A DNA stretch of 64,000 nucleotides from contig PBMS01000029.1 in assembly GCA_002722695.1 (NCBI GenBank), positions 5,724-69,723 of the forward strand, in the 5' to 3' direction. Numbering within the stretch: the stretch's first letter is position 1; each line of letters begins with the position of its first letter. This DNA comes from Methanobacteriota archaeon. Its GTDB lineage: Archaea > Thermoplasmatota > Poseidoniia > Poseidoniales > Poseidoniaceae. The position numbers and the translations under genes were made by a program. The notes under the pieces are model-generated. The model was not told the DNA's origin. It saw only the letters and a program-made list of their open reading frames with translations, and ran no database searches. Below, one piece after another: positions 55,357-64,000 of this stretch.

Positions 55357-56370
55357 TTATTCCACGGTCAAAATTTCGGGGCCGCCCGATGTCACGTGAA
55401 CGGTGTGCTCAAACTGAGCAATGTTGCCGCCGTCTCTGCAGCGAAGGACGTGGTATGTTTCAAGGAATCGAATGCTGATGAGCTTCTTCACAAGGGCGTT
55501 CCATTTGCTTTGCAAACTGGCCTCATCGGCGTCAGGGAAGGGTTTCTTCAGCATGGGGAACGCCCATCGTTCTGCAAACGGCAAGGTGGAGTAGCGTTCC
55601 TCGAGATTTCGAGCCATCTGTGCGCCCAGTGGTTTGAGCTGGTTTTTTGCGCGCGCTTTTCGTGACGTGGTAAGGCCCGTCACGCGGTAAATGTTGGAGG
55701 AATTGGAACGGCCGATGTTTTCGATAAGCCCTGATTTCCCGGTGGTGTTGAAGGGTTCGATGGCGTACACGCCGCCTTCTTCGACCACTCCAGAAAACCC
55801 TCGGTTGTCTTTTCCGCATGCAAAGGACGGCACGGACACGCCGGCGTGAAGTTCCCAAGGCTTGAGTTGATGACCGCACAGATTCCGGATCGGTTGGAAG
55901 CCGGCGTCGAGAGAGGGTTGAGCCGCAGCCTGGCCGACTTTGTGCCAGGGCGTTCCGGGGTGGAGCATTTCAACAGCGGCGTCGCGAGCCTCTTTTGCGG
56001 CCTTGATCTGTTCCGTGTGCTGATTGCTGTTGCCGATTTCAATCGTCAGGGCGTTGTCGCCAATGTGGCCCTTGATGTGTACGCCAAAATCGATCTTCAC
56101 GCAATCGCCTTTCTCAAGCACCATGTCGCCCTCCCACCCCTCAACGCCCAGCACTTGGTGGTTGGTGGTGAAGTGAGCAGCGAGGTCGTTGACAGCAATG
56201 GTTCCGGGAAACGCTGGCTTTCCACCGTGTCGGTGAATAAATCGTTCAGCGGATTCAATGATCTCGTGGAAGGTCTTACCGGGCTGAAGTTCGTCTTTCA
56301 TGGCTTCGAGGGTTCGTCGTGCGACGTGGCCCGCATCTCGCCAATACTTCAGGTTGGATTCTTCCACCAT
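55357..56370 (-). CDS. map: methionine aminopeptidase type II
   Basis: AFP, NDLAAHFT, KIDFGVHIKGHIGDNA, NLCGH, LHAG, AIEPF, TLPFAERW and AQFEHT. Confidence 0.95.
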   Translation of the reverse strand: MVEESNLKYWRDAGHVARRTLEAMKDELQPGKTFHEIIESAERFIHRHGGKPAFPGTIAVNDLAAHFTTNHQVLGVEGWEGDMVLEKGDCVKIDFGVHIKGHIGDNALTIEIGNSNQHTEQIKAAKEARDAAVEMLHPGTPWHKVGQAAAQPSLDAGFQPIRNLCGHQLKPWELHAGVSVPSFACGKDNRGFSGVVEEGGVYAIEPFNTTGKSGLIENIGRSNSSNIYRVTGLTTSRKARAKNQLKPLGAQMARNLEERYSTLPFAERWAFPMLKKPFPDADEASLQSKWNALVKKLISIRFLETYHVLRCRDGGNIAQFEHTVHVTSGGPEILTVE

Positions 56371-56942
56371 TGAACCACGCTGTGCGCAGGTACGATGCCC
56401 TCTCTCATAACAGTTACCTCCTCCCCATCGGTGCCGTTTTTGACGCTTAGGATGGTGCTCCCGACGCCTCCCGGGCATGTGCCTTCCAAAACAGCGTGTG
56501 CAGGGAGACCAAGATCGGCACCGGCCGCTTCAGAGGTTGCTGCGGGCGATTCACCGGATTCGTTGGCGCTGGTGGCCGTGATGGGTCCAAAGGCTTCCAC
56601 GAGCGACCGAGCCGCGGGATGGGCAAGGCACCGCACCGCAACACGACGCCCTCCCAATCGCTCGTCGAGCGGCTTGAGAGCATCAAGGATGAAGGTAAAG
56701 ACACCTGTCGGGAAAGCCGCCTCCAGACGACGAACCTTGCTGGACACGTGGACCAAGTCTGTGGCCTGATCGAGGGAGAGCACGCCCAAGCTGACCGGCT
56801 TGTCGGAAGGGCGACGCTTCAGTTCAAACAGGTTGTCCAGCGATTCAGAGGTTGGCAAGCAGGCCAGTCCGGGCAAGGTGCTGGTGGGGTAAGCAACGAC
56901 GCCGCCTTGCCGAACGTGTTGAACAAGCGCTTCGGGAAGCAT
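56349..56942 (-). CDS. L-threonylcarbamoyladenylate synthase (Sua5/YrdC domain only)
   Basis: GGVVAYPT, LFELKRRPSDKP, AVR, PITATSANESG and GSTI. Confidence 0.88.
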   Translation of the reverse strand: MLPEALVQHVRQGGVVAYPTSTLPGLACLPTSESLDNLFELKRRPSDKPVSLGVLSLDQATDLVHVSSKVRRLEAAFPTGVFTFILDALKPLDERLGGRRVAVRCLAHPAARSLVEAFGPITATSANESGESPAATSEAAGADLGLPAHAVLEGTCPGGVGSTILSVKNGTDGEEVTVMREGIVPAHSVVQWWKNPT

Positions 56943-56947
56943 GACGC

Positions 56948-57229
56948 TCAACCCTTGACCCATTCTGTGACGTGCTTCTGTGCAACCTCGGCTGCGAGGA
57001 TTTTGTCTTCGGTCCGAACCATGAGCTTCCCGCTCGGATACAACGTCATGTCGCAGGCGCCTGAGAACGTCCAGCAAAGGCGCGAACGGACACCGACTTC
57101 GTAACCCGCCGCCTCGATGGCGCCACCGACCGCTTCGAGGTCAATGGATTCCACTTGATCGGGCACGATTTGATAGGAGCCTTGCGTACCGCACAGTTCC
57201 ATTGCAAATCCGTCGGACATGATCAGCAC
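56948..57229 (-). CDS. small conserved hypothetical protein
   Basis: 93 aa in an operon-like run, with ELCG and MTLYPSGKLMVRT motifs. Confidence 0.65.
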   Translation of the reverse strand: MLIMSDGFAMELCGTQGSYQIVPDQVESIDLEAVGGAIEAAGYEVGVRSRLCWTFSGACDMTLYPSGKLMVRTEDKILAAEVAQKHVTEWVKG

Positions 57230-58273
57230 TCACAGTTCAGGGGGTCGGGAAGGCGGCCCGGAGGGTGGACCGCTCGGCGGGCCAGATGGGGGGCCGGAGG
57301 GTGGACCGCTCGGCGGGCCGGAGGGTGGACCGCTTGGAGGACCGGATGGGGGGCCCGACGGTGGGCCGCTCGGCGGGCCTGATGGTGGGCCGCTGGGAGG
57401 ACCGGATGGGGGGCCCGAGGGTGGACCGGAGGGTGGATCGCTCGGCGGGCCTGACGGCGGACCGCTGGGAGGACCGGATGGGGGGCCGCTCGGCGGTCCT
57501 GAAGGTGGTGGTGACGATGGGGGTGAGGGGGGGACGGGCGGTGGGGTTGGAGCCGTCTCAGGCGTGGTTTCAGGTTCGGGCTCGGGCATGGAGGTGCTCA
57601 CGGGCGTCAATGGAGCGAGAAGAGGGTCGGCCGCTGGGGGTGCGGGCGCTGGTTCAGAAGCAGGTTGCGGGGTGAGCGGCGTGAGCGGCGTTGGGTCAGC
57701 AGAGGCCGTTGCCCAGGGGGGTGTTCGTGGACCGTCTTCTTCCTCGTCGCTTGCCTCACCGGGCGTCATCATGGTTCCACCGCCCTGGATGTTTTCACCG
57801 ACGTAGGCGGTCATGACCACCGTGGATGAATCGATGATGCCGCGTTCTTCGGTGTTTCCAAAATCACCGAGGTGATTGTCAAAGGCGCCGCTGAACAAAT
57901 TGGAGCCGATGGCGTTACCGAGGACGCGCCCTTTTTGAGCTTGAAATTCAAAATCCGCATCGTAGGGGCCCAGCTTCATCGACTGCCCGCCACCGTTGAA
58001 TTCGAACGACCACGTACCGCTTTGAATGCGCGCCTCGAACTTGAATTGGCGCGTCAGGCCGGGGCCGATTGAACTGATGCCCTCCTTGGCCTCGTACCGC
58101 TTGCCTTTAGCGTCTAAAAGAGCAGCATCGAGACCCCCGATGGGGATCGACGATTCGTTCACCACGTCCACAACAACTTGGATGACGTCCTCATCGTCGT
58201 CGTCGATTTCCATGACCACCGACGTCAAGTGGGCGTTGAGGGAGCCGGCCCGGGCGCTGTGGTCATCGGTCAT
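57230..58273 (-). CDS. hypothetical protein: beta-rich N-terminal domain and Pro-rich tail with SGPP repeats
   Basis: 347-aa ORF co-oriented with its neighbours, no obvious signal peptide. Confidence 0.75.
   Translation of the reverse strand: MTDDHSARAGSLNAHLTSVVMEIDDDDEDVIQVVVDVVNESSIPIGGLDAALLDAKGKRYEAKEGISSIGPGLTRQFKFEARIQSGTWSFEFNGGGQSMKLGPYDADFEFQAQKGRVLGNAIGSNLFSGAFDNHLGDFGNTEERGIIDSSTVVMTAYVGENIQGGGTMMTPGEASDEEEDGPRTPPWATASADPTPLTPLTPQPASEPAPAPPAADPLLAPLTPVSTSMPEPEPETTPETAPTPPPVPPSPPSSPPPSGPPSGPPSGPPSGPPSGPPSDPPSGPPSGPPSGPPSGPPSGPPSGPPSGPPSGPPSGPPSGPPSGPPSGPPSGPPSGPPSGPPSRPPEL
57239..57502 (-). repeat. 22 degenerate 12-bp coding tandem repeats encoding (SGPP)n
   Basis: 264 bp equals 22 units. 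Codons vary synonymously, with one SDPP and one SRPP variant. Confidence 0.92.
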
Positions 58274-58337
58274 GCTGGCTCACCTGTTCCGACTGAGGAG
58301 TGGCTCTACTTCAATGGCTTGCTCCAACGGTCTGACA

Positions 58338-58901
58338 TCAGCGCAGTCGCAGACGTGTCTCCGAAGGCAGCGACCAGTCCACCGCCGCAACGGTGTGATG
58401 CTTCCGGTCAACAGCCGTGCGATATTCGGCGTCCGTGGAGCCGGCACTGAAGGTGTCGCGCAAACCAAACCACAGCGGACCGAGCACGGGTACGAGGTAC
58501 ACCATCTTGGCCACGGCTCGTGGACCCCAATGGTGGTGCTCGAGCATGGTACCGTTGTCGTGGACGATGGCGATGCGAAAACCTCGTTGAGCCAATGAGC
58601 GACCCATCGTTTGGCCGGTGTACTTGAAGTAGAGGTAAAACGCGGCAGCAAAAACAAACCAATTCATCACGAATGCGGCAGAGTATCGGCCGCCTTCGGT
58701 CATCATCTCGATGTTGAACAGGTTCGCCATCAATTGGCCACCGGTGAAGAAACTCAGAACGATGCTGATGAGCATAACGTCCAGCATGAACGCCAACACG
58801 CGCTTCCACGACGGGGCGATGAGCATGCCTTCGGGCGCAGAACCGATGATGTTCTGAGCCAGCGTTCCACCCTTGACGATGGTCACCGGGTCTTCGGCCA
58901 T
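58338..58901 (-). CDS. RDD-family membrane protein
   Basis: APSWKRVLAFMLD, GRSLAQRGFRIAIV and RTAVDRKHHTV. Confidence 0.8.
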   Translation of the reverse strand: MAEDPVTIVKGGTLAQNIIGSAPEGMLIAPSWKRVLAFMLDVMLISIVLSFFTGGQLMANLFNIEMMTEGGRYSAAFVMNWFVFAAAFYLYFKYTGQTMGRSLAQRGFRIAIVHDNGTMLEHHHWGPRAVAKMVYLVPVLGPLWFGLRDTFSAGSTDAEYRTAVDRKHHTVAAVDWSLPSETRLRLR

Positions 58902-58946
58902 GCCGTGGCTACGACTTCTCCTTTGTCAAATGACGCGTTGGCCCCA

Positions 58947-60962
58947 TCATGCGCTGTGGGTCACGTGCCACGCAAACAACTGGTGCTCGTCCACCCAATC
59001 AAGGTAGGATTTCCACGTGCCGTCGTGTCGTAACGTGGTGGGGTGGCCGAGCAGAACGAGACCGCGTTTGGCCCGTGTGATGGCCACGTTCAAACGACGG
59101 TGGTCGGCAAGGAAACCAACTTCGCCGCGCTCGTTGGCGCGCACCGTGGAGAACACGATGACCTCTTTCTCCCGGCCCTGATACCCGTCCACGCTCTTGA
59201 CCTCCAACCCAGCGTACGGCTGCCCTGGTTCACGCCCGCCGGCCAGTTCAAACAGACGAACCAGCTCACGGACTTGGCCGTTGTACGGTGAAATAACGCC
59301 GATGTCCTCGGGCTGAAGGTCTCCCGGTGCAAGCAAGTCGTTGACCACGCTGAGCACTTTGGCTGCCTCGTCTCGATTGTATCGGCTTTTTCCCTCTTCG
59401 TCGCTCTCCTCCACCCCCTCCACGGGAACAAACGCCATCGGTCGGTCCCAATCGGGCCAGAGAAAACCTGCTGGTGGTGGGCGCTGATCGGCTGTGCAAC
59501 CGTCTTCGAGCCGATTTTCATAGAAACGGGCGCTTGGAAATTCTCGAAGAATCGGATGCATTCGATACTGGGTGGTCAGCATGTTGGAGTCGAGCCCGCA
59601 AGCGATGAGGCGGTCAAAGAGGGATCGGTTGAGCCCCCCTCGTTCGGCTCGTCGACTGAGCACGGTAGGTGGAAGCTGCTGGTGATCCCCCACGAGAATG
59701 AGTTGCCTGCAACCCTTGACGATGGGCACCAGCGCGCTGGGCTCGGTGGCTTGGGTCGCTTCGTCCATCAGCACGATGGGGAATTTACGGGATTCCAGAA
59801 GACGATGTCCGCATCCTATGGTGGTGGCACAAATGACCTCGGCTTCGTCAAGAACGCTCGCTGTCATGACGTCTTCCATCCTGCGAATTTCTTTGTGATT
59901 GATGTTGATGTCTCGGTGCATCAATCCTTTTTCTTTCCCTCTAAGGGACGGTAGGGCTTTCCTCAATTCTCGTTGTTCGTCTCGCAGGAACGCCAATTCT
60001 TCCTGCATGGGGTGGTCTTCCAAGACCGCATCAAGTGTTGCTGAACGCAGATGCTCTCGAACCTTGACGGGGCGACCGATGCGCAACGCTTTGACTCCCA
60101 AATCAAGGAGTCCCTCAAGCAGATTGTCAACCGCAACGTTGGATTCTGCGGTCGCAAGCAGTGGCCCGCTTCCCTCGAGTGAAAATTGATGCAAGAGGTG
60201 CGTTGCTGTGGTGGTTTTTCCGGTGCCAGGTGGGCCTTGAATCAGCGTGAGGCGGCGAGTCATGGCGGAGGCGATGGCGGCGTGTTGCGAGGCGTTTAGA
60301 TGGGCATGAGAGGGGTTTGGACCGCGTCGTTGTCGCTTTCCCCGAATATCAGGGGGAAGTTCTGCGCTTTGGTTCATGTTCAAAACGTTCCCGAGGAGGA
60401 GTTCTCGGAGAACGGTCCCCCCGTCCCCTTCTGTGGAGTGAAATGCGATGAGCGCCTCGTGCATGCGATCGTGAGCGACGCGATTTGCGCCTCGATCAAG
60501 CCGCCATCCACCCTTCCGAACATCCCTCGGTCGTTCGCTGACCACCACTCGCAACCGCGTGGGGCCTCGGTCGAGCACCACGCCTTCAACCACTTTTTCA
60601 CCCCAAGGGCGAGAACGGGATATGAGAACGATGTCTCCGTGGGAAAATCGGTGTTCGGGTAAGCGCCCCCCGTCCTGCGCTTCAAAGACAACGATGTCAT
60701 CGCCGAAAAACCGCCCCTGAGTTCGGCCACGAAGATCGAACAGGGAGACGCCTGACATCACAAGCCGTTGCTTTGACCAGGTCTTCCAGCGCTCCTCAAC
60801 GTGCTGTGTCTCATCGTCGAGTTCCTGTTTGATCAGCTCGGTCATCGTCGAGAAGTGATCTTGGCTTCGACGCCAGCGGTCGGGGGCAGGTTCGCCTTTG
60901 AGCCGAGGGGGTTCCGGGTCGCTGACGCTCTTCATGCGCTTGACCGACCCCTTTCGCGCCAT
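58947..60962 (-). CDS. SF1 Upf1/DNA2/IGHMBP2-like helicase
   Basis: LNASQ, QGPPGTGKT, SNVAVDNL, DEATQ, GDHQQLPP, QYRMHP, SVDGYQGREKE and RRLNVAITRAK. Confidence 0.93.
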   Translation of the reverse strand: MARKGSVKRMKSVSDPEPPRLKGEPAPDRWRRSQDHFSTMTELIKQELDDETQHVEERWKTWSKQRLVMSGVSLFDLRGRTQGRFFGDDIVVFEAQDGGRLPEHRFSHGDIVLISRSRPWGEKVVEGVVLDRGPTRLRVVVSERPRDVRKGGWRLDRGANRVAHDRMHEALIAFHSTEGDGGTVLRELLLGNVLNMNQSAELPPDIRGKRQRRGPNPSHAHLNASQHAAIASAMTRRLTLIQGPPGTGKTTTATHLLHQFSLEGSGPLLATAESNVAVDNLLEGLLDLGVKALRIGRPVKVREHLRSATLDAVLEDHPMQEELAFLRDEQRELRKALPSLRGKEKGLMHRDININHKEIRRMEDVMTASVLDEAEVICATTIGCGHRLLESRKFPIVLMDEATQATEPSALVPIVKGCRQLILVGDHQQLPPTVLSRRAERGGLNRSLFDRLIACGLDSNMLTTQYRMHPILREFPSARFYENRLEDGCTADQRPPPAGFLWPDWDRPMAFVPVEGVEESDEEGKSRYNRDEAAKVLSVVNDLLAPGDLQPEDIGVISPYNGQVRELVRLFELAGGREPGQPYAGLEVKSVDGYQGREKEVIVFSTVRANERGEVGFLADHRRLNVAITRAKRGLVLLGHPTTLRHDGTWKSYLDWVDEHQLFAWHVTHSA

Positions 60963-61076
60963 GCTTTCACCACCGCACGGCCCTTCATCATCGTATGCAT
61001 AAGGATTGAAGCGTTTGGCGAGCGACAAACCCTCAGTCTTAAACCGAGAATGCACCGCCCACGACTGGGTGGCTTG

Positions 61077-62201
61077 ATGTTTGGTCGCAGGAAAAAGGTA
61101 CAAGACGTCGATGGCGTTTCTTGTCCCTATTGCGGCCATCTGAACCCCGTTGGGTCTGAAAATTGCGAGCAATGCTATTACTCGCTCAACAAATCCGCTC
61201 GCGACCAGCCAACGGCCGAGCCCACGACCTCAGAAGACGAAATCATGAGTTTGCTGCTTGGCGAAAACGAAGAAGAGGAGGAGGCAGGCCCGGTGGTTGA
61301 AGCCGTTCTTTCCCTCGACGACGTGACCGTGGAGGTCGATCAGTACGCTGTGTCCGAACCGAAACACGACGAAGATGGCCAGCCCGTGCCGGATTCGTTT
61401 GATTTTATTGACGGTGAAGGCCCAACGCTGAGTTCCACCGTGGCTTCTCAGGAGCCCAACGAAGTCGAACTAACCGCCGAAGACGCACCCAAGAAGTACA
61501 TCGAATTTGAATTGAGCAATGCGGACCCGCTGGACGAAGTGGCCGAACCCGTGCACACGGGCCGAGGCGGGCTTTACTCGCCGACGGTCAGCATGCCCAC
61601 CGACGATGATTTGCTTGGCGAGGTGGGGCCGGCAACCAACACCGTGCCCGATTTGCCCGACCTACCTCCCGACGAGGTACCGCCCAGCGGCACGCTAGCG
61701 CAGGCCGCAGCAAGTGAAACCCCCGCACTTCCCGACCTGACGGACCTTGATGTGGGGCCGATTCCCGAGAAACCGCCCGCTTCTCAACCCCTTGCGGCGC
61801 AATACAAAACGCCCGATCTGCCGGATGTTGGAGAGGATGCACCCAACCAGGCGATGGCCACAACGCAATCGGTGGAAGCGGAACCGCTGCCCACTGAATC
61901 ACCAGCCCAACCTCGAATATGGCCGTGGCCGAAAGGCGAATCATGGGCACCGACTCAAATCTACCAAGAGGTGGTTGCGGCAATGGACCACATCAAGCAT
62001 CGTCGGATGGAGGAAGCCGCCGCCACCCTTGACGGTCTTGGTCCACACCTCGACCATCATCTTGACATGCTGCTTCACGTTTCGGTGTTGATGCAACATT
62101 TGGGCCGTCAAGAGCACATGAAGTGGACTCTTGATATGGCGGCGTACGTGCATCCGAACGACCCACATGTTCAACAAGCACGAGCCCAACTTTTGGCTTG
62201 A
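61077..62201 (+). CDS. zinc-ribbon protein with acidic/Pro-rich linker and helical (TPR-like) C-terminus
   Basis: CPYCGHLNP...CEQC near ATG 61077, followed by a low-complexity acidic middle. Confidence 0.72.
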   Translation: MFGRRKKVQDVDGVSCPYCGHLNPVGSENCEQCYYSLNKSARDQPTAEPTTSEDEIMSLLLGENEEEEEAGPVVEAVLSLDDVTVEVDQYAVSEPKHDEDGQPVPDSFDFIDGEGPTLSSTVASQEPNEVELTAEDAPKKYIEFELSNADPLDEVAEPVHTGRGGLYSPTVSMPTDDDLLGEVGPATNTVPDLPDLPPDEVPPSGTLAQAAASETPALPDLTDLDVGPIPEKPPASQPLAAQYKTPDLPDVGEDAPNQAMATTQSVEAEPLPTESPAQPRIWPWPKGESWAPTQIYQEVVAAMDHIKHRRMEEAAATLDGLGPHLDHHLDMLLHVSVLMQHLGRQEHMKWTLDMAAYVHPNDPHVQQARAQLLA

Positions 62202-62211
62202 GGTGAGGAAG

Positions 62212-62781
62212 ATGGTTGAGACGCCTGAACTTCGCGTCAGCGAACATCTGGTCCTCCAACCCGCGAACAACGGTGTTCTTGTGGCGATGTTTGAGGCTTA
62301 CAATGAGGACCCTGAAGCGGCGCAATCAGCCCTCCCGTGGCTGGATCCTAACGACGATGTGCGGCGGCAACTGCGGGACATGCTTTACGATATCGAAACG
62401 CAAAATGGAAACGACCAGCTTCATTTTTGGTCAATCCATCGAGTCGACACGGCGGAATTTGTTGGCTTGGTGGGCTTGGGGGACGAACTCCAATCGCTTC
62501 ATGCCAAGTTTAACCTCGGCTACTGGGTCAGAAGAGCCCATCGACGCCAAAACATCGCTTCAGCATGCGTTGATACGATTTTTGAATGGTTGACCTCACG
62601 AGCATCAACCACCACCGTTGAAATCGCCGTCCACCCTCACAACGATGCCGGATTGGCCACTGCGGACGCCATCTGCGACCGATGGGGTGGAGAACGACTT
62701 CCGGAGTTCATCGGCATTGAATTCAACGAACGCACCGTGCCTCACCATCTGCACCTGGTTGACCTTGGGCCGGAGGCCTGA
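62212..62781 (+). CDS. GNAT N-acetyltransferase (RimJ/RimL-like)
   Basis: LPWL, FVGLVGL, NLGYWVRRAHRRQNIAS and HPHNDAG. Confidence 0.85.
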   Translation: MVETPELRVSEHLVLQPANNGVLVAMFEAYNEDPEAAQSALPWLDPNDDVRRQLRDMLYDIETQNGNDQLHFWSIHRVDTAEFVGLVGLGDELQSLHAKFNLGYWVRRAHRRQNIASACVDTIFEWLTSRASTTTVEIAVHPHNDAGLATADAICDRWGGERLPEFIGIEFNERTVPHHLHLVDLGPEA

Positions 62782-62782
62782 C

Positions 62783-63580
62783 ATGCCAACATGGATGACG
62801 GTCGATGCGGACGACCTGAGGCACTTGCCCAAGCATCAAGGCCACCCCACACGCAGCACGACCGATTACACCGGAACGTCTGAAAAAGCCTCACCTTCGT
62901 TTCGTTTGGGATGGAGTGGCTTTCTGCGCTGGATGGGCACGCACGACGGAATTGTGACCCTGTTTGTCATCACCGATGCTCTCGAAGACACGACGTTTTG
63001 TGAGATGTTGGCTGAGGCAATCGACGCCTTTTCCGACCGACTGACCGTGGGCTGTCACGGCCACAGCCACCGCTCCTGGTCGGCGTGGGGCGAGGACGTG
63101 GACGGTTTTCGAACCATGCTTATCCGTTCGACGGAGCTTCTTCGCCGGCATGCTGGGACGGCGTTCCGACCTTATTTCCGCGCTCCAAACGGGTACGTGG
63201 CCCCTTGGATGGCCGCCGTTCTGTTCGAGCAGGGCTACAAAGTTGATACCTCGGTCAACCCTTCGTGGCTGGTCAAAGCCAAGGCGAATGGTGCAGCGTG
63301 GTCGGACGTGATTAAGGCCATGTCCGAAGCCGGTGTGGTGGAACGTGCCTGGTTGACGCAACTGACGCTCCCGGTGAACGGGCCTGCGTTGTTTCGATTT
63401 CCTCTGTCGCTCATCGCTCGTGGAGCGTGGAGGAAAACACCGCCGTTGCTCAAAGCAGGGCACCTGGGTGAGGTGGAAAACCCGCACGCACCGATCACGA
63501 CCGTGTACTGCCACGTGTTGGATTTCGCCCGAGACAACGGCACCTGGACACCGCCCCTTCCGAGGCATAGAGCCAAGTAA
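62783..63580 (+). CDS. polysaccharide deacetylase (NodB/CE4-like)
   Basis: TVDADD, TLFVI, GCHGHSH, FRAP and VYCH. Confidence 0.82.
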   Translation: MPTWMTVDADDLRHLPKHQGHPTRSTTDYTGTSEKASPSFRLGWSGFLRWMGTHDGIVTLFVITDALEDTTFCEMLAEAIDAFSDRLTVGCHGHSHRSWSAWGEDVDGFRTMLIRSTELLRRHAGTAFRPYFRAPNGYVAPWMAAVLFEQGYKVDTSVNPSWLVKAKANGAAWSDVIKAMSEAGVVERAWLTQLTLPVNGPALFRFPLSLIARGAWRKTPPLLKAGHLGEVENPHAPITTVYCHVLDFARDNGTWTPPLPRHRAK

Positions 63581-63601
63581 AACCGACGCTCTGGCTGGCC
63601 C

Positions 63602-63961
63602 ATGACCGTGATCAACTTCGCTGAAAAATTCAGTCTCTTCTCCGACCTCTGGTCGCCCAAAGTCGTGGCTGAGATGAACGATTACCAATTCAAGCTCGTC
63701 AAACTGCAAGGTGAATTCGTATGGCACGATCACGGGCACACCGACGAGGTGTTCATCGTTATTGAGGGCAGCATGAACATCAAATTTGAGGACCGTACCA
63801 TTTCACTCAGCGCTGGAGAAATGCACGTCGTTCCCAAAGGAACACCCCACAAGCCCTACGCCGAGAAGGAATGCAAAGTGATGCTCGTCGAGCCACGGGG
63901 CGTGGTCAACACCGGGAACGCTGGCAGCGAGTTGACCGCTGAAAACGACGCCTGGATTTGA
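63602..63961 (+). CDS. cupin-domain protein
   Basis: [25 protein letters not shown] and [10 protein letters not shown]. Confidence 0.9.
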   Translation: MTVINFAEKFSLFSDLWSPKVVAEMNDYQFKLVKLQGEFVWHDHGHTDEVFIVIEGSMNIKFEDRTISLSAGEMHVVPKGTPHKPYAEKECKVMLVEPRGVVNTGNAGSELTAENDAWI

Positions 63962-64000
63962 GCGGTTCAGTGCTCGTTCACGATGCGGCGATACACCTCG

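Noticed and set aside
57219..57806. Gly-rich (GGPE/GGPL) plus-strand ORF, and a CRISPR-like look of the repeat
   Set aside because: It is the antisense mirror of the SGPP repeat. The 12-bp units are contiguous with no unique spacers, and no cas genes are present.
58947..60962. SF1 helicase as part of an antiviral defence system
   Set aside because: There is no adjacent nuclease or defence partner, and the context and composition are housekeeping-like.

Overview
This window is archaeal. PolD, PriL, the S13-S4-S11-Rpo3 operon, type II MetAP and an archaeal pilin identify the domain. The many bacterial-type genes and the secreted DxDxDG-repeat proteins point to Marine Group II (Poseidoniales, Thermoplasmatota), though that assignment is inference. 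Positions 1-30 kb are mostly housekeeping, plus two large Ca-binding surface proteins, a membrane-anchored wHTH regulator, a sensor-less STAND ATPase, a CDIN1/C15orf41-like nuclease and a chimeric LeuRS. Positions 30.6-54.4 kb are a surface-glycan region with a visibly AT-richer core at about 38.6-51 kb. That core is the main finding. It encodes Wzm/Wzt ABC export, a two-domain GT2 polymerase that closely resembles the PmHAS/PmCS/KfoC hyaluronan-chondroitin synthases fused to a PP-loop domain, and a TPR + KfiC/PmHS-like GT2 + TupA-like ATP-grasp fusion. Flanking it are a nucleotide-sugar dehydrogenase, an epimerase, a second TupA-like ATP-grasp and a cysteate synthase. Together they suggest an archaeal glycosaminoglycan-like capsule, possibly decorated with cysteate or another amino acid. 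No rRNA, tRNA, CRISPR array, transposase or integrase was recognised. All homology calls come from recalled motifs, not database searches.
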